In this document: positions 1-7,591 of the stretch, piece by piece
Layout: each line of letters opens with the position of its first letter
Numbering within the stretch: position 1 is the first letter of the stretch
IMG/VR virus record: IMGVR_UViG_3300029179_000013
Location: 1-37,263 of that record
Strand: one strand, 5' to 3'
Source: a virus
Lineage: Duplodnaviria; Caudoviricetes
DNA length: 37,263 nt
Translations under genes and position numbers: made by a program
Notes under the pieces: generated by a model
Told to the model about the DNA's origin: nothing
The model's database searches: none
The model's input: the letters and a program-made list of their open reading frames with translations, nothing else

Positions 1-17
1 GTTTCCCAGTCACGATC
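1..17 (+). other. Library amplification primer (SISPA / Round A-B primer B), not phage sequence
   Basis: The window begins GTTTCCCAGTCACGATC, matching the M13-derived tag used in random-primed virome amplification. It interrupts the reading frame of the adjacent gene. Confidence 0.9.
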
Positions 18-287
18 GCAAACGTACTGGTTGCGGGGACGGGGAGACTTGGATTTGCACTTCATACAAGGGCGAGACCATGTTTCTTCTACGACTGCAA
101 CCACAGTCATGTGCTTGGAAGAGAGAGCTTCTTTAATTCCATAACGGTCAAGGAGTCGCTTGATGGTGTCTATGTGGACGCCAAAGTGAATGGCCATGAG
201 GGAAGGGTGGACGCGAAGAGCGTTCGCTTGGCGGAGCCATTCAATCTGTTCATGTGTGAGATTTATACGACCGCTATTCTTTGACAT
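18..287 (-). CDS. HTH DNA-binding protein with C-terminal Cys/Zn-finger-like motif, 3'-truncated
   Basis: Not in the ORF track. My translation from the ATG at 287 is MSKNSGRINLTHEQIEWLRQANALRVHPSLMAIHFGVHIDTIKRLLDRYGI...RPCMKC...NQYVC. It has an HTH pattern (MAxHFGVHxDTIKR) and a CxxC...C motif, and is open to the primer edge. Confidence 0.75.
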
Positions 288-294
288 GGTTATC

Positions 295-575
295 TGACGC
301 CCCCGCGCTGCGCGTCACACGCGCAAAAGCGCGCTACGTTTTGACGAGGTACTACTCTTTTTTTTTGATAAGCTGCCAGTTCCTCTTTTACCCTACTTGA
401 CAAGAAAAAAAAGACTGGTATAAGGGGGGGTAGGGGGGGACATAGAGTACCAGATAACCATAGCGCCCTTTGCGTGCTTAGCGCACGCAGGGCGATGATG
501 GGGGGGTAGAACCTTAGAGTAGTACCATAGAGGTTATAGAGAGGAGTACCTATATAACCTCTATAGAGGGGCTTA
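295..575. other. Structured intergenic region, candidate replication origin or small-RNA locus
   Basis: Three G7 tracts (424-430, 433-439, 500-506), GC hairpin 464-494, 12-bp inverted repeat 527-538/553-564, palindrome CCTCTATAGAGG 558-569, 11-bp inverted repeat 348-358/516-526. Confidence 0.45.
397..424 (+). promoter_or_regulatory. Sigma70-like promoter pointing antisense to the Prim-Pol gene end
   Basis: TTGACA (397-402), 16-nt spacer, extended -10 TGGTATAAG (416-424). Confidence 0.55.
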
Positions 576-582
576 AGGTTTT

Positions 583-2616
583 TCATGATACGCCGAGCCA
601 CTTCTTGATTTCTGATGTGGGGATGTGGAGTTCTTGTGCAATCTCCGATGGTGTTTTCCCTGTTGCTGCGAGTTGTATGGCGTCCTCCCTTGCGCTTGGG
701 GTGTGGAGCATGCTTTGCTCACCAGTGTTGATGTCCTCAATCCAGCCAAGGTAATGCGTCTTGTGAAGGTCGGTCTCTTCACGCACCTTCCCGAATGAAA
801 CCTCTGTGACCATCCGCACCCTGTGGCTCTGGAGCATGCCGCTTTGTTGGAGTTTATATGAAAAGTATGAGAAGGGTGTGAAGGCTCTGCCGCGCCGGTC
901 AAACAAACATTCTTCATCAAACAACCCAGCTTTTGTTCTGGCGATGTTTTTATCGCGGTACACTTGGGTGATGATGATTTGGGTATCAAGGTCGGTGAGC
1001 TGTGCGGTAGAGCCAGCCTCACGCCCGAGGCCGTCGACTCCGGGTTTGTTTCTGTGGTGGACAAGAACGACTGTGGCTTTGTACTTATCTCTGATGACCT
1101 TTGCTACGCGGTTCACATGAAACCAGTCTTGCGGATTTTTCTCATCAAGTCCACCAAAACCATTGCGGACCGTATCAACAATCACAATGTCTGGTCGGAT
1201 TTCATCAAGCCACTTCTCGAAAACCTTAAGGCCAGCTTGGTCTCTCAGGTTCATGGCACCCCCCTGCTCTGCTGGAATGATGGCAGGTGACCAGATGGAC
1301 AGGTTCTCTTTGGGGTCGCCGTGCTGTTCCTGAAAGCCAGAGAAGCGATTCAAGACCGTTCTGGCTGGGTTGTCGAAGTCAAGATAGAAAACCTTCACAG
1401 GTTTGTCGATGAAGAAGGGGCCGAACTGTGGTCTGTTTGCGGCCAATGCAGTGGCAAGAGAGCCAATGAAGAAGGATTTGCCGTGCCCGTTGTACCCCAC
1501 AACCTGTATGATACTGCGTGATGGAAGGATGGGGTCAACGTGATATGCAACATCACCGAGTGAGGAGAGAAGCCGCGTAAAGTCCTTGCTGTAGATGGGA
1601 ACGAACGCCTTTGGTGGCTCCTCGTTTATCACGTCCTTCTTCAGGCGTTGCTTTGTGGTCGGGTCGTAATCGTCCTTGTGGTTTCTGTAATCCATCTCCA
1701 TCGCGGAACGCATCTTGGATTTGAGCCATCTCTCAAGTGCTTGTGTTGTTCCGTTATATGTGAAATACTCTGAATGAAACTGTACAATCGCATCCCACAA
1801 CTCCTTACCCTCAAGACCACGTCGTACCATTTGGCCACAGAATTTAATCATCCATGCGTCCGTATTGTTCCCCATGTCTGGACCAGCCAGTTTGTGGCCG
1901 AGGTAATCCACACGCTTCTGGACCTGCTCCCTGACGTCCATGGCGCTCTCACCTACCTTTGATTCCTCAAGGGATAGGGTGGCGAAGTCAAACCCATCGG
2001 TCGTCTCCATGTCATCGGAGAGGCCACGCCAGATAGGCATGTCAGATATCTCTGCATTGGGGGAGAAGGACCAGATGTACTCGTGCTTGAGTGTGCCATC
2101 AGGGTTTAAGGAAATCGATGGTGGGCAAATGACATAACCACCGTCTCCACGGAAATCCAAGCCGGGGCAGTTGTGCCACTTGCCATCCGTTCCGGGGTTG
2201 TTTCCGGTTTTGTTGCGGTATCTGCGGCCGTTGTTTGGGTGTCTGAAATAAAAATGCATCCCTCTGCGTGTCTTCACGGCGACTGGTGAGCACAGGTTGT
2301 GGGCCTTTGCATATTCCAAGGCGTACTCGTTATCGCAATCGACAACTACAATCCCGCTGATTGCGCCAGTGACAAGGGCGAGGTTGAAGTATGGTTCTCT
2401 TCCAATCTCCACACCTTCGGTGTCCATCCTTGGCGCACCAAAGTCCTGCCATTCGTCTATCTCATCATCAAGCGGGTACTCCGTTTGAAAGCGAAGCCAC
2501 TTAGCCATTGGCCTTTTGTTGTGGACAGACAAAGGGAAAACGCTCCAGCCCCTTTCGACGAACTCACGAGCGGCGTTGCATACAGTCACATTGAAATCTT
2601 TTGGGATAGAACTCAT
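583..2616 (-). CDS. Bifunctional primase-polymerase (Prim-Pol/AEP) fused to RepA-like AAA_25 helicase, with C-terminal HTH
   Basis: Prim-Pol motifs GWSVFPL, VVVDCD, TRRGMHFYF, LDFRGDGGYVICPPS; Walker A GYNGHGKS; Walker B IVIVDT; VHHRNK...AGS; terminal HTH GKTPSEIAQELHIPTSEIKKWL. Start moved to the ATG at 2616 (purine-rich RBS-like AAAGAG upstream). Confidence 0.9.
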   Translation of the reverse strand: MSSIPKDFNVTVCNAAREFVERGWSVFPLSVHNKRPMAKWLRFQTEYPLDDEIDEWQDFGAPRMDTEGVEIGREPYFNLALVTGAISGIVVVDCDNEYALEYAKAHNLCSPVAVKTRRGMHFYFRHPNNGRRYRNKTGNNPGTDGKWHNCPGLDFRGDGGYVICPPSISLNPDGTLKHEYIWSFSPNAEISDMPIWRGLSDDMETTDGFDFATLSLEESKVGESAMDVREQVQKRVDYLGHKLAGPDMGNNTDAWMIKFCGQMVRRGLEGKELWDAIVQFHSEYFTYNGTTQALERWLKSKMRSAMEMDYRNHKDDYDPTTKQRLKKDVINEEPPKAFVPIYSKDFTRLLSSLGDVAYHVDPILPSRSIIQVVGYNGHGKSFFIGSLATALAANRPQFGPFFIDKPVKVFYLDFDNPARTVLNRFSGFQEQHGDPKENLSIWSPAIIPAEQGGAMNLRDQAGLKVFEKWLDEIRPDIVIVDTVRNGFGGLDEKNPQDWFHVNRVAKVIRDKYKATVVLVHHRNKPGVDGLGREAGSTAQLTDLDTQIIITQVYRDKNIARTKAGLFDEECLFDRRGRAFTPFSYFSYKLQQSGMLQSHRVRMVTEVSFGKVREETDLHKTHYLGWIEDINTGEQSMLHTPSAREDAIQLAATGKTPSEIAQELHIPTSEIKKWLGVS

Positions 2617-2768
2617 GTCAATCTCTTTCATGTTGTCGGTGATAATGACTACAGGATGCCTGAATGGAAAAAAAAATAAAGTGCGATTGTGAATTTTTCC
2701 TCTTGTCAAACGAACTCTTTTCTAAGACCATACCAAAACAATAACTTTAATGTGATGGAGAATGTTAT

Positions 2769-3212
2769 ATGTCAAAAGAAGAGACGCCAGACCTTGACAC
2801 AATTCTTGGTATCGGAACCCCTCAAAAACCACTGACCCCAGAACAAGAGATTGACCTTCTTGCTGTAAAGCTTCTGGATGTTCGGCATCAGATTGAAAAG
2901 CTGAAGCTTCAAGAGACAGCAATTGAGGACGCAATTTGGACACGCACGCCGGATGATGTGGGTGATGCGATTGTTGCTGGACAGCAGTATGATTTTGTTG
3001 TGTCTCGCTCCGAGCAATGGAAGTGGGACAGCACAAAAATTGAATCCAAGATTCCAAGCGTTCCTCTCCCCAGCTATGTGAAGGCCAAATACACAATTGA
3101 CAAACGCCAGTATCAAGCGTTGCCAGATGCTGAACAGCAGAACTGGATTGATGCTCTTGAGCGCAAGCCAAGTTCGCCAAAGGTGAAGGTTGCGGAGAAG
3201 GTTTCCAAATAA
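2769..3212 (+). CDS. Hypothetical protein of the recombination module (N-terminal coiled coil)
   Basis: GGAG RBS; first gene of the plus-strand operon, directly before the Sak4-like ATPase. Confidence 0.7.
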   Translation: MSKEETPDLDTILGIGTPQKPLTPEQEIDLLAVKLLDVRHQIEKLKLQETAIEDAIWTRTPDDVGDAIVAGQQYDFVVSRSEQWKWDSTKIESKIPSVPLPSYVKAKYTIDKRQYQALPDAEQQNWIDALERKPSSPKVKVAEKVSK

Positions 3213-3227
3213 AAAATCGGAGGAAGA

Positions 3228-4049
3228 ATGTTCAAACCACTCAACACGTCTGACCACACGACCAGCTACAAGAAGGTTCTTCTTTACGCCATGCACGGGT
3301 GGGGCAAAACAACACAAGCCAAGCACTACAAGGCTCGATATGGTGATGGGTTCATCATCAGTGGTGAAAGCGGCCTCTCATCCATCAGAGCGGCTGGAAT
3401 TGATTACTTGCCGTTCTCCTCATGGGACGGTGAAGTCAATCCAGCGAAGGGTATCTTCTCGTTCAAGTCCATCATCAAATTGATTCAGTCGGACGACTTC
3501 AAGAGCAAGGGGTACAAATGGATTATGATTGATAGCTTAACAGAGCTGTCAGACCATGCGTATGAGTATGCCCAGAGCAAAGCAGAGGCTGATGCGGCAG
3601 CGTCAAAGAAAGCACTGAATGGATTTGCTGTTTGGGAAGAGTATGGCGCCGCGATGATTGGTGCGTGCAAATGGGTGAGAGACCTGCCAATGCACGTTAT
3701 TGTCACCGCACTTGCAAAACAAGGCGATGATGACAATGGCAATCCAGACAACTGGCCAATGGTCAGAGGGAAACAAGTTCAACAACAGCTCCCCGGAATC
3801 TTTGATTGCGTTCTGTGTGGTGTAAAGCGACACGATGGCAGCGAAGATGGGACTTCGCCCAAACTGGTTCACTACGTCGTGACGGATGAGTACCGTGGTT
3901 GGCACGGTAAGGTTCGTGACGAAAAGAGACGACTCAAAACCGTCGAACGTGAAGACGACATCACCAATCTTTTTGAAAGAATGGACATGCCGGACAGCGA
4001 CTACGAAACCTATCTATCGAAGCAACTTGCTCAACAAGGAGGAAAATAA
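3228..4049 (+). CDS. Sak4-like / AAA_24 single-strand annealing ATPase
   Basis: RBS GGAGG; Walker A-like YAMHGWGKTT; SGESGL; Walker B IMIDSLTE; PGIFDCV; adjacent to an SSB gene. Confidence 0.85.
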   Translation: MFKPLNTSDHTTSYKKVLLYAMHGWGKTTQAKHYKARYGDGFIISGESGLSSIRAAGIDYLPFSSWDGEVNPAKGIFSFKSIIKLIQSDDFKSKGYKWIMIDSLTELSDHAYEYAQSKAEADAAASKKALNGFAVWEEYGAAMIGACKWVRDLPMHVIVTALAKQGDDDNGNPDNWPMVRGKQVQQQLPGIFDCVLCGVKRHDGSEDGTSPKLVHYVVTDEYRGWHGKVRDEKRRLKTVEREDDITNLFERMDMPDSDYETYLSKQLAQQGGK

Positions 4050-4051
4050 CC

Positions 4052-4543
4052 ATGAGCTTTAACTTCAACGAACTGAACCTAAGCGACGCCCAAGTATCAA
4101 CCGGTGGCGTTTCCCTCAAGCCCGGCAAATATGTTGTCAAGGTTGTGGATGCCAAGATTGGACCATCAAAGAAAAACGATGGCTCAACAATCTTGTCCCT
4201 TAAGCTGGATGATGTGAATGGCGGAGGGTCAATCAACCACTGGATTAACCTTTTGGTGAAGACATCCGCAAAGGCGACAGAGATTGGGCGCGATGAACTC
4301 AAGACCCTTTTGTTTTACGGCGGCCATCCGAACCCAAACAGACCCGGAGATGTTTCTTTGATAAAGGGACTGACGGTGGGCGTTGTGATTGTTGGAAAGC
4401 CATACACAAAAGATGGTGTCGAGAAGATGGGTTCCGAGGTCAAGGCATTCATTGATTGTGCTGAGGTTGACCCATCCAAGTACACCCCGAAGACCGCGCC
4501 AGAACCAAAGTCAAACAAGTTTGAAGACGAAATCCCATTCTAG
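4052..4543 (+). CDS. Single-stranded DNA-binding protein (DUF669-like)
   Basis: LKPGKYVVKVVDA start, beta-rich body, acidic C-terminal tail EDEIPF, typical position after Sak4. Confidence 0.85.
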   Translation: MSFNFNELNLSDAQVSTGGVSLKPGKYVVKVVDAKIGPSKKNDGSTILSLKLDDVNGGGSINHWINLLVKTSAKATEIGRDELKTLLFYGGHPNPNRPGDVSLIKGLTVGVVIVGKPYTKDGVEKMGSEVKAFIDCAEVDPSKYTPKTAPEPKSNKFEDEIPF

Positions 4544-4561
4544 GATTCAAGCGGGGGATGA

Positions 4562-5356
4562 GTGAGCGGAGAACTGAGTGAGGAAATAGATGTCGCTTAC
4601 GATGCTGAGAGAGAATCAGATTATCGAAGCTCAAGGCTTGGCGCAAGCAACATCGGAAATCCATGTGAAGCGTACCTTTCTTTTACGTTGCGTGGTTTTC
4701 CTGAACTCAAAAGTTCTCCGCGCCTTAAAAGAATTTTCCGTGATGGCCATCGCATAGAACAATCTGTCATTCAAGATTTGAGAAAGACGGGTAACACTGT
4801 CTACGACAAAGACCCACTAACTGGTAAGCAGTACATGTGGGACAAGCACAACGGTAAGATTGTTTTTTATGCAGACGGCATCATAGAAAAAAATGGCAAA
4901 GCTAAGCTTCTCGAAGTTAAGTCCATGAACAATTCCATGTGGACTCGATTCGCTCAACGTGGCCTTGCTGTGTCTCATCCGAAATACTACGACCAGTTGC
5001 AAATGGGTATGGGGCTGTCTGGATACAGAGAGTCGACACTGATTGCGTACAACAAAAACACAAGCGAGTATCACGACCAGACAATTGAATACGATGAAAT
5101 CAGATACTATTTTCTTTTGGCCAGAGCCGAACGAGTGTTGATGGGGAGCGCTGAAAGAATAGGAACTGACATTTCTGACTGGAGATGCAAGGAGTGTTCA
5201 AGAAGGCATGTGTGTTTTGAGGGGGCTGATGTGCCAAAGGATAAACGAACATGTGCCAATGCTTTTGTTTCAAACGATGGTTGGGGTTGCTCTCTTGGAT
5301 GTGGTGATGTGTGTCTGTCTTGGAAAAGATTTGAAGCTCAACCAAGGAGCAAATGA
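4562..5356 (+). CDS. Cas4-like PD-(D/E)XK exonuclease
   Basis: LGASNIGNPC, GHRIE, ADGII...LLEVKS, QLQMGM, and C-terminal CxxC-x4-C giving a split four-Cys set, plus further C-terminal Cys. Confidence 0.85.
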   Translation: MSGELSEEIDVAYDAERESDYRSSRLGASNIGNPCEAYLSFTLRGFPELKSSPRLKRIFRDGHRIEQSVIQDLRKTGNTVYDKDPLTGKQYMWDKHNGKIVFYADGIIEKNGKAKLLEVKSMNNSMWTRFAQRGLAVSHPKYYDQLQMGMGLSGYRESTLIAYNKNTSEYHDQTIEYDEIRYYFLLARAERVLMGSAERIGTDISDWRCKECSRRHVCFEGADVPKDKRTCANAFVSNDGWGCSLGCGDVCLSWKRFEAQPRSK

Positions 5357-5562
5357 TGTATGATAAATCTTGGGGTTTTTTGGGTAAGCCCCCTGCCAGC
5401 GTTATGAATGGTACAAACCCAAAAATGGAATTGTTTAGACAGTATCAAGCGGAAGCAAACAAAGCACAAAAAATAATAAACTCAAGACTGAGGGCCGTAA
5501 GACTTGCTGAAGTCAAGGCCAAGTTCATGAGGGATTTTCCACCGGAGGGGGACAATGGCTGA
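5353..5562 (+). CDS. Hypothetical protein
   Basis: ATGA overlap with the nuclease stop, AAGGAG RBS, packs between neighbours. Confidence 0.6.
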   Translation: MMYDKSWGFLGKPPASVMNGTNPKMELFRQYQAEANKAQKIINSRLRAVRLAEVKAKFMRDFPPEGDNG

Positions 5563-5818
5563 CGTAGTAAACGAGGTTGTGAAATCGATGAAAGGAAAAA
5601 AGTCTGTTGAGTTGAAGAAGCTCAAGGTAAGACTTGAACAAGAAGTCTCTTCAATCAGGGATAGGGTGCGTGACATCGAATGGAGGATTGATGGTATCGA
5701 TAATGGCGACATCAATCACCTTATGAATGAGCGTCAAAGGGCGCTTGATAAGTTGAGAGAGACGCAGAAAGAGTTGCTGGTTGTTAAAGAGCAATTGATT
5801 GAAGAGGGAGTTGAGTGA
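5555..5818 (+). CDS. Hypothetical coiled-coil protein
   Basis: GGAGG RBS, heptad-like charged sequence, overlaps both neighbours. Confidence 0.7.
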   Translation: MADVVNEVVKSMKGKKSVELKKLKVRLEQEVSSIRDRVRDIEWRIDGIDNGDINHLMNERQRALDKLRETQKELLVVKEQLIEEGVE

Positions 5819-6384
5819 TGTTGATTGGAATTTGTGGGCTGAAGTGGAATGGCAAGACAACAGCGGCAAAGTATCTGAACCAGCAATACAGCTTTGTTCA
5901 TACCAAGTTTGCTTCATCGTTGAAGAACATGATGAGGTCATTGTTGAGCAATGCTGGTCTTGATGTGGAGACGATTGAAAGAAAAATTGAAGGGGATTTG
6001 AAGGAAGTCCCATGTGAGATATTGGGTGGAAAGACACCAGTGTTTGCCATGCAAACGCTTGGAACTGAGTGGGGTCGTGACTGTATCTCTCCGTATTTTT
6101 GGGGTGACATCTGGGAAAGAAGAGCGCAAAACGCCATTGATGCTGGGCGCTCTGTTGTTGTTGATGATGTTCGTTTTGAGAATGAATACAATCGTGTCAA
6201 AGGTATGGGCGGCTACGTTGTCCATCTTGTTGGCAGGTCTGATGTTGTCAATCCTCATGTGTCTGAAGATTTGTCTTGGTTAAAAAACCCTGATTTCATC
6301 GTGGAGAACAAAGAAGATTTCGGGCATTTGTTTCGCCAACTTGACCGGGTTGTGAAAACAATCAAGGAAGATGTCGAGAGATGA
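5815..6384 (+). CDS. Deoxynucleoside monophosphate kinase (T4 gp1-like)
   Basis: IGICGLKWNGKTT P-loop, FASSLK, MQTLGTEWGR, VVVDDVRFENE, HVSE. Confidence 0.92.
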   Translation: MMLIGICGLKWNGKTTAAKYLNQQYSFVHTKFASSLKNMMRSLLSNAGLDVETIERKIEGDLKEVPCEILGGKTPVFAMQTLGTEWGRDCISPYFWGDIWERRAQNAIDAGRSVVVDDVRFENEYNRVKGMGGYVVHLVGRSDVVNPHVSEDLSWLKNPDFIVENKEDFGHLFRQLDRVVKTIKEDVER

Positions 6385-6587
6385 GCGGATGTCGGATTGG
6401 AAAGATTCGACTTAAGAAGACTGGTCTGGAAATCAGAATCATTCCTTCCGCTACACACTCACATGTTAGATACACATTTCCATGGGGAGAGGTATCAATT
6501 AGAACCTTTGACGGCATGCCAATTGAGAACAGAGATGTGCTCTATTTGTTGAGATGTGCTGAGGATGAAGTGCTTCACGGTGATTGA
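6381..6587 (+). CDS. Hypothetical protein
   Basis: ATGA-coupled to the kinase; last gene of the plus-strand operon; overlaps the convergent o-spanin by 13 nt. Confidence 0.55.
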   Translation: MSGCRIGKIRLKKTGLEIRIIPSATHSHVRYTFPWGEVSIRTFDGMPIENRDVLYLLRCAEDEVLHGD

Positions 6588-6832
6588 GTTTTAAGACCAA
6601 GTGTTTTCAGACCATCGAGGGATTGTTTGCACGATTGGTAAGCGGCATGCCCTCTGATGATGTACTTACCAGCATCCGCATTTGTCGCATTCTCAGGTGG
6701 TTTGGCTGGCCAATCACGCGTCTCAAAGTATTCCTGTGGGACGTCCTGTAGTTTTGGTGGGCTAGTACAGGCTGTCAATGGCAGCGCGGATAGGAGGAGC
6801 CATGGGAGAAGTGTCTTGGCCGTACGTCTCAT
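6575..6832 (-). CDS. Outer-membrane spanin (Rz1-like lipoprotein)
   Basis: Signal peptide MRRTAKTLLPWLLLSALP with lipobox LTA-C, Pro-rich mature region; starts inside the i-spanin gene in another frame. Confidence 0.85.
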   Translation of the reverse strand: MRRTAKTLLPWLLLSALPLTACTSPPKLQDVPQEYFETRDWPAKPPENATNADAGKYIIRGHAAYQSCKQSLDGLKTLGLKTQSP

Positions 6833-7070
6833 CGAGTTCATCAATGCGTTTGTCTGTTTCATTTGTAATCTCCGTCTCACGTTGCTGTTTCATGGTGACC
6901 AATTGTATAACTGATTCCTTGCTTTTGATAGCGGATTTCAGGTCTTCGATTTCCTTGCCGCGTTTTTCCCATGACCTGACAAAAAGCAAAACACCGATGA
7001 CAGCAATGGCAATGGCAAGGTATCTCCAGTTTTTCAAAAAGAAACCTACAACAGTCGGGAGTCCAATCAT
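6762..7070 (-). CDS. Inner-membrane spanin (Rz-like)
   Basis: Single N-terminal TM (LAIAIAVIGVLLFV) followed by a coiled coil; AAAGGAG RBS; coupled to the endolysin stop. Confidence 0.85.
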   Translation of the reverse strand: MIGLPTVVGFFLKNWRYLAIAIAVIGVLLFVRSWEKRGKEIEDLKSAIKSKESVIQLVTMKQQRETEITNETDKRIDELDETYGQDTSPMAPPIRAAIDSLY

Positions 7071-7588
7071 TTGATAGCTCCTTTCAAACAAAGTTCATTC
7101 ATTTTTTTGCGACGCTCCCATACACCACGACACGTCCGGTTTGTTGGTAAAGAGCAATCTTGTCCTCCTGCATACTTGTACTTAAGAATCGCATTACAAG
7201 CATTAGTAACATTACCGTCATTCAAACTACGAATCATACTAGACTTCTTAACTTGACCAAGGCCGACATTGTATGACATGTCAACTATAGCGGCATGAAC
7301 TTCAGGAGTTACAACCGACTTGGCTTTTTCATTGTACATCATGGTTGTTTGAATTGAGTAGTAACCATACCTTACTTGGTACAAGTAATTGCATTCCTTT
7401 TCTGTGAACTTTTCCTTGTACCCCATCTCAGTTTCACCGACGCACCAAGTCTTTACACCCACACTGTCGTAATACGGTGTCAGCTTCATGCCCTCAAACC
7501 CAAGGGTAGCTGGCGCACCAATGGCTGTCGAGAGTGTGATGAACCCGGCTGTGCCGACGACTCGTAATGTGTTTCCAAATCTTGCCAC
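7067..7588 (-). CDS. Endolysin, GH24 lysozyme with SAR-type N-terminus
   Basis: Catalytic E-x8-D-x5-T (FEG...YYDSVGVKTWC), SYNVG, GVWERR...ELCL; Gly/Ala-rich weakly hydrophobic N-terminus. Confidence 0.92.
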   Translation of the reverse strand: MARFGNTLRVVGTAGFITLSTAIGAPATLGFEGMKLTPYYDSVGVKTWCVGETEMGYKEKFTEKECNYLYQVRYGYYSIQTTMMYNEKAKSVVTPEVHAAIVDMSYNVGLGQVKKSSMIRSLNDGNVTNACNAILKYKYAGGQDCSLPTNRTCRGVWERRKKMNELCLKGAIK

Positions 7589-7591
7589 GCC

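Noticed and set aside
290-601. 103-aa minus-strand ORF across the structured intergenic region
   Set aside because: Low-complexity translation of homopolymer tracts, no RBS, and it overlaps the Prim-Pol end.
2617-2709. Longer TTG start for Prim-Pol
   Set aside because: Runs through the AT-rich divergent promoter region, and the added peptide looks non-coding.
2680-2740. Divergent sigma70 promoters (TTGACAAGA on the minus strand, also seen at 397)
   Set aside because: Promoters are expected here, but I found no convincing -10 box at canonical spacing, so none is called.
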